Assembly (NCBI GenBank): GCA_964016885.1
Contig: OZ024763.1
Location: 8,246,001 to 8,310,000 of the forward strand
Direction of reading: 5' to 3'
Source: Eledone cirrhosa
Lineage: Eukaryota
DNA: 64,000 nt
Positions 55,206 to 64,000 of this stretch are shown one piece after another (the first letter of the stretch is position 1; every line of letters begins with the position of its first letter). Both the position numbers and the translations under genes were made by a program. The notes under the pieces were generated by a model that was not told the DNA's origin, searched no databases, and saw only the letters and a program-made list of their open reading frames with translations.

Positions 55206-55587
55206 ACAAATTTTATTCTTTCTTTTAGATTTCAGGTATTTTTTGAAAGCAAAGGATTGGCCCCTAAAATAATACAGCATATGTATGTATATATGTGTAT
55301 GTATATATATGTATATGTGTGTGTATGTATGTGTGTGCGCGTGTGTATATGTATTTGTGCGCGCGTGTGTGTAACAGGAGAAACGACGTTAAACGACGAT
55401 GAACACAACTATAATGATGATGATGATGATGGCGGTGACGGTGACGATGATGACGGTGACGGTGACGATGATGACGGTGACGGTGACGATGATGACGGTG
55501 ACGGTGATGATGATGACGGTGACGGTGACGATGATGACGGTGACGGTGACGATGAAACACAAACAAAATAAAAATAAACCTTGTAAC

Positions 55588-55708
55588 CTTTTTGCGCGGA
55601 ACAGAGTTTGGTCAAATCGTAAACTTTGCCCATAAAAGTGACCCAGAGGTCATCTGGCATGTTATGATGTGAGATCTCTTTAGGAGTGAAATATCTTACA
55701 ACATCCAT
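55588..55708 (-). CDS. CYB5D1: CYB5D1 exon 1
   Basis: [40 protein letters not shown](G); phase-1 GT donor at 55587. Confidence 0.9.
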
Positions 55709-55921
55709 TGTGGCCCAGGACTGGAATAGTTTCAAGACGACACAAGTAGATATTTCAGGAAGAAAATAAAGAAAATGTATAATAATTCAGTTAAGAATAA
55801 GAATATAATACAGTTGATCTCTTAAAATAAAATAAGATAAAATAATACTTTTTGGGGTAATTTCCGATGATTTTTAGTTAATTTTCAGCTAAAATTGTGA
55901 AAAATAACGAAACTCCATTTC

Positions 55922-55950
55922 GTTGTCAATGACAACATTACTGTAAACAA
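55922..55950. promoter_or_regulatory. Putative RFX X-box plus forkhead site upstream of CYB5D1
   Basis: Palindromic GTTGTC-AAT-GACAAC followed 5 bp later by TGTAAACAA. Confidence 0.5.
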
Positions 55951-56459
55951 AGCATGTAAAGCTGGCTTTAAATATAGTTCCGTCGTTTCTGGACTTAAAT
56001 AGACCCTTACATGGTCTGCTTTAAATAGACCCTCACACAGCCGGCTTTAAATAGACCCGGGAGACGGCCGGATTAAAATAGACCCGGGACTCGGCCAGCT
56101 TTAAATAAACCCTAACACGACTGGCTTTAAATAGACCCTCACGTAGCCGGCTTTAAATAGACTCGGGACTCGGATGTTTTAGGTGAGAGAAAGAAGGATT
56201 TAAACAGAAGTTTTTATTAACAGTTGGATAAATAACATTAAATAATTGTTTCTACTCTTGGCACAAGGCCAGCAATTACTCCAGTACATTACTGGTACTT
56301 TATTTTATCGACCCCGTAAGGATGAAAGGTAAAGTTAACCTCGGCGGGATTTGAACTCAGAATGGCAAGGGAGGTAACTATGCTGGAAAGCATGGCACAC
56401 GACTCTCTACCGATGATATTAAATATTATGAGAGGTAATGACAGATAATTATAATAGAG

Positions 56460-57150
56460 GGATGGAGAAGAAAGGAAAGAAAGAAAGCGAAAAAGAAAGA
56501 AAAAAGGAAAGAGAAAAAGAAAGAGAAATGGAGAAAGAAAGAGAAAAAGAAAGAATAAGAGAGAAAGAAAAAGAGAAGGAAAGAGAGAAAGAGAAAGAAA
56601 AAGAGAAAGAAAGAGAAAAAGAAATGGAGAAAGAAAAAGAGAAAGAAAGAGAAAAAGAAAGAGAAATGGAGGAAGAAAGAGAAAGAGAAATGGAAAAAGA
56701 AAGAGAAAAAGAAAGAAAAAAGAAAGAGAAAAAGAAAGAAAAAATGAAAGAGGAAAGGAAAAAGAAAAAGAAAAAGAGAAAGAAAGAGAAAAAGGAAAGG
56801 AAAAAGAAAAAGAAAAAGAAAAAGAAAGAGAAAAGGAAAAAGAAAAAGAAAAAGGAAAGAGAAAATGAAAGAAAAAAAGAAAGAGAAAATGAAGAAAAAA
56901 ATGATGAAAGAGAAAATGAAAGAAATGAAAGAGAAAGAGAAAGAGAAAAAGAAAGAGAAAAAGAAAGAGAAAAAGAAAGAGAAAAAGAAAGAGAAAAAGA
57001 AAGAGAAAAAGAAAGAAGAAAACAAAGAGAAAAACAAAGAAAAAGTGAAAGAGATAAAGAAAGAGAAAAAAAGGGAAAAAGAACGATAAAGGGAAACAGA
57101 AAATATGAAAGAAAAAAGAGTAGAAAATGAAAGAAAAAGAAAGAGAAAGA
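56460..57150. repeat. Purine-only (GA/AAAG) low-complexity tract
   Basis: Directly visible. Confidence 0.9.
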
Positions 57151-58026
57151 AATGTCGTTGGAATACTCAGCCACTTCTACAGTAATTCCAGTTATTCTGT
57201 CAATGATTGTAAATAGAGAGATCGTCAAGTATGAAATTTGTAGAAATTTATAGGAAAAAAACAAATTTCTTCAAATTTCATACTTGACGACCCAATAATC
57301 ACAATGTCGGCATTACTGTCTAAACATTGAGTGAAAGCATATCTCGCTCTCTTTATTCGTTAATTTAGCTTAAAATGGTATGTTAAGGCTTCCTAACTGT
57401 GGAATACTCAGCCACTTATATGTTAATTTCAGTCATTCAGTTAGTTAGAATAATAGAAAGCTCTCCACCGAGAAGGACTGAGACTTCTAAAAAATGTGGT
57501 GTAAATAATAGTAGCTGCTATTTCTAACCGCGGCCGACCACAGAGAGGCAGCCAGTCAAAGGGAGATAATTACATGACTGAGTGTGTATTAAGACAATGA
57601 GGTGCACACACGCATATTTACACACACGCACACGTATACATACATATATACAAACTCATATACATACAAATATAACTGCACACACACACACATACACATA
57701 TATACGAACACACATATACACACATGCAATTACACTTATCACACACACATACATATATATATGAATATATGAATACACATATACACATACATGCAATTAC
57801 ACTTGTCACACACATACACATACGTATATACACACATATATTCGAATATACAACATGACGATACAAACTCAATTTCTATAATTAATATTACTAAACTAAA
57901 TAAGTCCTAAATATATTTATATATTTATATTTCAAACTTATTAGTTAATTAAACATGTATTATTAGATCAAAATTTGTTGTTGACATACTTCGGTGGTAG
58001 TTTCGTATTCAGTTGATATTTCCAAC

Positions 58027-58041
58027 ATGGGAGAAGTTTTG
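58027..58041 (+). CDS. NAA38: NAA38 putative exon 1 (MGEVL)
   Basis: AACATGG start context, phase-0 GTAAAT donor, in frame with exon 2. Confidence 0.55.
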
Positions 58042-58268
58042 GTAAATATTTCTCTGATTTTATTGATATTTTTTCTATTTTGTATATATTTAAAATATTA
58101 CACTCAAACTTACACACACAAACCGACAAAAACATTCAGATACACACACTTATATATTTATATATTAGGTATATTATATATTTCACGTATAATGGTTCAT
58201 TTCATGTATTTGGTTCTATTAGAATTTAAATCGGGATTCGGCCACTATTGAATGAAGTACTCAATACG

Positions 58269-58309
<41 letters not shown>

Positions 58310-58442
58310 TATATATTCATATATATATAAGGTATTCAAACGTTATTTATATACATATATATATATATACTTATTTTTGTAACGTATTGGGTACCTTTTG
58401 TAACTGGTTTCTTTTCGGTTATCCTCGTAAGACTATCCCCTG

Positions 58443-58508
<66 letters not shown>

Positions 58509-58763
58509 GGGTTCTACAGGACTAGAACTGGAGAAATTATCAGGAAGCTTCCCGATGATTTCTCCCAAATGAAACAGTTCTAGTCCTGTAGAACATATTT
58601 CTATATTACATATTTATACTCTGCTATGTATTGAGTACCTTACTTACTGTGGTTACCCCCCATTGAGCCCGGGATAAACACACACATATATATATATATG
58701 AAAAGAGTCAGGACCCCGACTCAGCTCCGGCCGTTTCGACAGCTAGATCCTGAAATCTCTCTT

Positions 58764-58794
<31 letters not shown>

Positions 58795-58903
58795 CGTATT
58801 TGGTTGACGGCTTTTATAAAAGAGTACTCAATACCAGTGATGATGACGATGATGATGGTGGTAGTGTATTGGTATTGATGTTGATGCTGCTGTAATATTT
58901 CAG

Positions 58904-59021
58904 GATGGTGAATGTGGAGAATCCTGTGATGAGACAACAATGGTGGACGGACGGAAGAAGTTACAGACATGGCTGAATAAAAACATGAAAATTAAGATGA
59001 GTGACGGACGTACACTTATAG
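58904..59021 (+). CDS. NAA38: NAA38 (LSMD1, NatC auxiliary Sm-fold subunit) exon 2
   Basis: GRKKLQTWLNKNMKIKMSDGRTLIG (Sm1 motif). Confidence 0.92.
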
Positions 59022-59469
59022 GTAAGGTGGTGGTGGTGGTGGTAGTGGTGTAGTGTGGTGGAGGAGGTGGTAGTGGTGTCAGTGGTGTAGTGTGGTGGTG
59101 GTGGTGGTTGTGGTGATGGTAGTGGTGTGGCAGTGGTGTAGTGTGGTGGTGGGGAGGTGGTGGTGGCGGCGGTAGTGTTGTGTGGTGGTTATGGTGGTGA
59201 CGGTGTGGTGGTGGTGGTAGCGGTGTAGTATTAGGGGACTGTTTGTGGTGATGGTGGTCACGATATTCTAACATTCCATGATATCTTAATAACCATGATA
59301 ATATTGGGATATCATTGATATCCCAATATCCATGATATCCCTATATCCATGATATCCCAATAACCATGATATCCCTATATCCATCATATCCCTCTATCCG
59401 TGATATCCCTATATCCATGATATCCCAATATCCTTATTGTTCACTATTCTATGCTATATTCTCTTCCAG

Positions 59470-59541
59470 GTATTTTCCTCTGTACTGACAGAGACCGAAA
59501 TGTCATACTTGGTTCTTGTGAGGAATATTTGAATTCTCCAG
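59470..59541 (+). CDS. NAA38: NAA38 exon 3
   Basis: (G)IFLCTDRDRNVILGSCEEYLNSP. Confidence 0.95.
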
Positions 59542-60258
59542 GTGAGTCAGAACACATCGTTACATTATCACTGTGTAACATTGTCACTGTGTCACATAGT
59601 CACTGTGTCACAAACTCACATAGTCACTGTGTCACTTAGTCACATTGTCATATAGTCAGTGTCACATTGCCACATAATCACTGAGTCACTGTGTCACATC
59701 CACGGCTGGATTTAATGGAGTACAAAGGGGTCCCTCTGCTGTGAAAGTGCTCTGCCTGGTGGTTAGGGTGTTAGGTTCATGATTGTAATGTTGTGATTCC
59801 TTAAGCAAGACACTTTATTTCACAGAGCTCCATTCCACTGCTGGACTTCCATGAAGCACCTTGTCTAGATTTGTGTCTTTGGGCTAGGGATAGGGTGCAA
59901 AGCCCATCCATGGTCTCTCATAACCAATGGGGGCTTCTAGAGAGAGAGACACACACATACATACATAGATACACACACATCATCATCATCATCTTCATTT
60001 TACGTCCGCTTTTCCCTGCTTGCAAGGGTGGGACGGGTCCTATTCAGCACAGCATCTCTCCATTTGTCACGGTCCTTTGTCATCTCCTCTGTGAGCTTCA
60101 GCGATGTGAGGTCAGTTTTCACCACCTCCACCCATGTTTTCCGTGGTCTTCCTGTACTGCATCTTCCTTCTACTGGCATTTCTACACATATATATATATA
60201 TATACATACACACACACACCACCTTATCTCATCTATGTATATTTGTGTTATTTTTCAG

Positions 60259-60371
60259 ATGCTGAAGAACCAGAAGAACCCCGGATTCTTGGCCTTGCTA
60301 TGGTCCCTGGTCACCACATTGTCAGCCTACATGTTGATGATTGTAAAGCCCTTAGCCCCGAAATCATGTAA
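60259..60371 (+). CDS. NAA38: NAA38 exon 4
   Basis: EEPRILGLAMVPGHHIVSLHVD...M-stop. Confidence 0.95.
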
Positions 60372-60405
60372 CCCATGTCTCTATCCATCTTTCACAATAT
60401 TTATT

Positions 60406-60411
60406 AATAAA
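60406..60411 (+). terminator. NAA38 polyadenylation signal
   Basis: AATAAA 35 bp after the stop, followed by T-rich sequence. Confidence 0.6.
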
Positions 60412-60664
60412 ATCACAATATTTCTTTCATTCTTCTATGTTTTATAAACTTGTCTTTTGTTTTTATTTATATTTTTCTTGTATGTTGGACATTTCTAGTG
60501 CAACAAACCTTATTTTGTCTTTTTTTCCTAGGTTAGCCATGAGCTAACAAACCATGTTTGGTAGTTTTAGTCCTAGGTCAGCCATGAGCTAACAGACCTA
60601 TGATTAAAGTTCTAACTACAAATATCTTGTCCTTTATTTATACATTGTGTATCTAGGAATTAAG

Positions 60665-61225
60665 TGCAAGAATTGCAGGAGCTGGTGCAACTGATGCAGT
60701 AATGTGCCAGCTTCAGTTCTTGGTCAGCAGAAGAAGGGAGCTAGGTGTAAAAGCCAAACTCGCTATCTTCAATTCGGTATTCATGCCAACCCAACCCTTA
60801 CCTATGGTCATGAATCTTGGGTAATGACTGAAAGAATACGACTGCGAATACAAGTGGCCAAAATGGGGTTCCTCTGAAGAGTCTTTGGAGTAATGTTACT
60901 CGATAGAGTGTGTAGCTCGGAGATCAGAGAGTCACTCCAGTTAGAGCCACTACTTCTCTCAATTGAGAGATCACAGCTCTGATACTATGGACATATGGTT
61001 AGAATGTCTCAGGAAAGAATCACTGGTCAGATTTTATGAGCAAAACTAACCGGCAGGAGACCCAGGGGTAGACTCCAAACAAGATGGTTGGATAACATCC
61101 ATGAGCTTGGCTGGTCTCGCTTGGGTGATCCAGCCAAGTCAGTTGGAGACAGTTGCTTCTGACGACCCTCTGGAAGGAGTGTTTGAGGACTCTGCTCCCT
61201 CTCAGGAATAAATGAGTGAAGAAGA
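60665..61225 (+). mobile_element. RTE-clade LINE 3' fragment
   Basis: LTYGHESWVMTERIR...MGFL*RVFGV...SQL*YYGHMVRM...GRRPRGR..TRWLDNI. Confidence 0.8.
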
Positions 61226-61354
61226 AGTGTATTTAGGACTAGATTATCTAGTGGATCCTTGTCAATGATATTCCAACTGTATTCATCCTTACTTTTATTC
61301 AGACAGTGTATCTAGGACTATAATATTTAATATGTTCTCTGTTTTGCCATAGGT

Positions 61355-61620
61355 CAGCTCGAAAGTGACACAGAGGAGACTGAGGTTAGCTGGACATGTT
61401 CACCGACATTTAGAGTTGACACTGCACTCAGTGGGAATCCTCTACATGGACACACTAGAGGAGGGAGTCTGAGGTTGACATATATTGATGCCCTAAGGAC
61501 AGACACTGGATTCTGGGAGATGCAAGATATAGCGGCAATGATGAAGGACAGAATGCTGGAGAGAACTTGTCCATGGATCTCGGTAGGTGGGGTGGGAATT
61601 CTCACCCACCCCTGAAGAAT
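61355..61620 (+). mobile_element. Second, distinct RTE-like LINE 3' fragment
   Basis: QRRLRLAGHVHRH...LTYIDALRTDTG...MMKDR. Confidence 0.65.
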
Positions 61621-64000
61621 AGTCATAACAGTAAGAGCAAAGATTTGAATGTAGTGGATTTATAACTCCTTGTCGTGTCAAAGACAGGATCAATTCTCTT
61701 GTGCGTGGGTCTCATGATAAAATAAACGAAACAATACGATCGCAAATACAGTACACACACACATATATATATATATATATACAAGCATGCACACATACGC
61801 ACACACACATGGAAAGCGGTGGGAGATGGCTACACACAAAATTTATTTATCAAATTGACTATAGTCCAACTAGGATTAGGATGGGCAACATCACTATCAT
61901 CATCATCAGCAACAGCAGTAGGGATACTATGGCTAAGAGCACTCCTGTCTTTTCTTCCCATCACCCCTATTTACCTATCAGATGTGTCTATGTGGTTGTT
62001 GACTAACTAAAAATAGCTAAATCACCCTTAACCCTTTAGCATTTATATTACTCTATATATACTATTGTGTTTTCATGGTAAAGGCTTTACCTCACATAAT
62101 ATCTCACATAACATTTACATTACTCTATATATACTATTGTATTTTCACAGTAAAGGCTTTACCTCACATAATATCGAATCTATGAGATTTTGATATTATT
62201 TATTTTGAGAACAATACCTTAACCCTTTAACATTTAAACCAGCCAGAATTCTCTCACCTCTTTCTGTTCAAACCAGCTGCAACTGGCCACTCCTAGGTTT
62301 TCTACACCTAGAACAAAAGACAGGATGGTCACTGCTGGAATGTGTTTGGTCTTTGGATGTAGGTCTGATTGATAAGGATGATACAGCTACGACTAAACAC
62401 ACCCACCACCATATCAACCATTACCACCATCACCATCACAATCATCACCATTACAACCATCACCACCTCCACCATCACTACACCACAATAACCACGACAA
62501 TCACCATCACCACTACCACCACCACTACACTGCAACCACCAACGCCACCACCACCACCAACACCACCACCAACACCACCATAACCACCACCACCAACAAC
62601 AACAACAACCAGATATCACGGTAAACTTTGACATTGAAGGAGTTGATAAATTTCTGTGAAAACTCTTGTGTGGGTGTGTGAGTGTTTGTGTGCGAAGAGT
62701 GTTTGCGTGTCTGTATCTGTGAGTGTGTATGTGAGATCATATATGTATGTACATGTGTGTGAGTATCTGTGTAGTTATATTTTTGTCTTCTGTTCACCAA
62801 AATGTCGCTGACAAGCCAAGAAGATGAAGAGACAATGGGAATATTTGATTACAGTGTCAACTGTGACATGGTAAGTTACATTTATATATATATACTTATA
62901 TATGATTATATATATCATCATCATCATCATCATCATTTTACGTCCGCTTTTCCCTGCTTGCAAATATATATATATATATGTGTGTGTGTGTGTATAATTC
63001 ATGTAAATATATATACAGAAAAAGGACTATATCTTATGAGAACACACAGTATTTTGTATATATACAAATCATATATATATATATATATGTATATATATGA
63101 ATAAGAAGTGTAAGTGGAACAGGGTAAAATTAGCTTCGTTTCTTCATATTCGCTGCTATATATATTTCAGTGATAGCCATTATTCAATAGCTATGATCTC
63201 ATCAGTACACATACTCAAAATGTTATCTATATATATATATATTTATTTCCACATCCTTTATAAGTCAAATTATTTATATATCTTCATCTTTAGGACAATA
63301 AAAGAGACATATGATGAAAGCGTTAAAAAGAAATAGTTAAAGATAAAGAGACTGGGAGTTTGGTTCCATTGTGTTCAGACCTGATGTATATATAATTGTT
63401 TCTACTTTTGGCACAAGGCCAGCAATTATCCCAGTGCATTACTGGTACTTTATTTTATCGACCCTGTAAGGATGAAAGGCAAAGTTAACCTCGGCGGGAT
63501 TTGAACTCAGATCATAAAGGGAGGTAACTCTATGCTTCAAAGCATGGCGCCCAACCCTCTACCGATACTGCCAATCCACTAATATAACTTTATTAGATAT
63601 TAAACTTTATTAAACCCGACCTCCCATGGGTACAAGCTGAAGCATATAGACAATATGCCCCCACACCCCCCACTGCAAGGTGGTCGTGGAGGTGCCACGG
63701 CAAAAAAACACCCAGCCAACACTGTAAAGTGGACGTGTAGGCGCCACGAAAAAGCACCCAGCACTCACTGTAAATGAGGTTGGTGTTAGGAAGGGCATCC
63801 AGCTGTAGAAATCAAGCCAAATCAGTCCCTGTATGAGCAAGGCATGGTCAGCCGACCAGACACTGCCCACAACAGGACAACCCGTCTAACCCATGCTAGC
63901 GTGGAAGAACGGACGTAAAACGGTGATGATGATGATGATGATATATATAATATATATATATATATATAGGCACAAGGCCAGCAATTTTGGAGGAGGGGAA

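Noticed and set aside
56426-57264. K/E/R-rich and F/S-rich ORFs
   Set aside because: Purine-only low-complexity tract
57222-57290. Short 28-bp-arm hairpin between CYB5D1 and NAA38
   Set aside because: A real inverted repeat, but probably a small MITE remnant; no further support for function

Overview
AT-rich, microsatellite-saturated animal genomic DNA with spliceosomal introns. The repeat landscape suggests a coleoid cephalopod (octopus-like), which is an inference. Three spliced genes can be assembled by hand with consistent GT-AG phases: a zyxin-family LPP-like LIM protein (+, 8 coding exons, 18405-47411, 524 aa), CYB5D1 (-, 4 exons, 52457-55708, 216 aa) and NAA38/LSMD1 (+, 4 exons, 58027-60371, 105 aa). 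The last two are head-to-head, as in human. The most striking item lies in the 20-kb intron that splits LPP LIM1: an uninterrupted 4.1-kb ORF (29670-33804) whose N-terminus resembles a catalytically dead KRBA2/SCAND3 (Ginger2/GIN-type) DDE integrase. It ends at a phase-1 donor matching LPP exon 4, which predicts a ~1544-aa integrase-derived/LIM chimera. Second, the introns and intergenic DNA contain many type I hammerhead-ribozyme motifs, often inside long near-perfect fold-back palindromes (Penelope-like pLTR/retrozyme-type relics). The rest is tRNA-SINEs, RTE and CR1 LINE fragments, TTAA piggyBac-like MITEs and minisatellites. Most ORFs in the supplied track are microsatellite artefacts. All family assignments are from recalled motifs; no database search was run.
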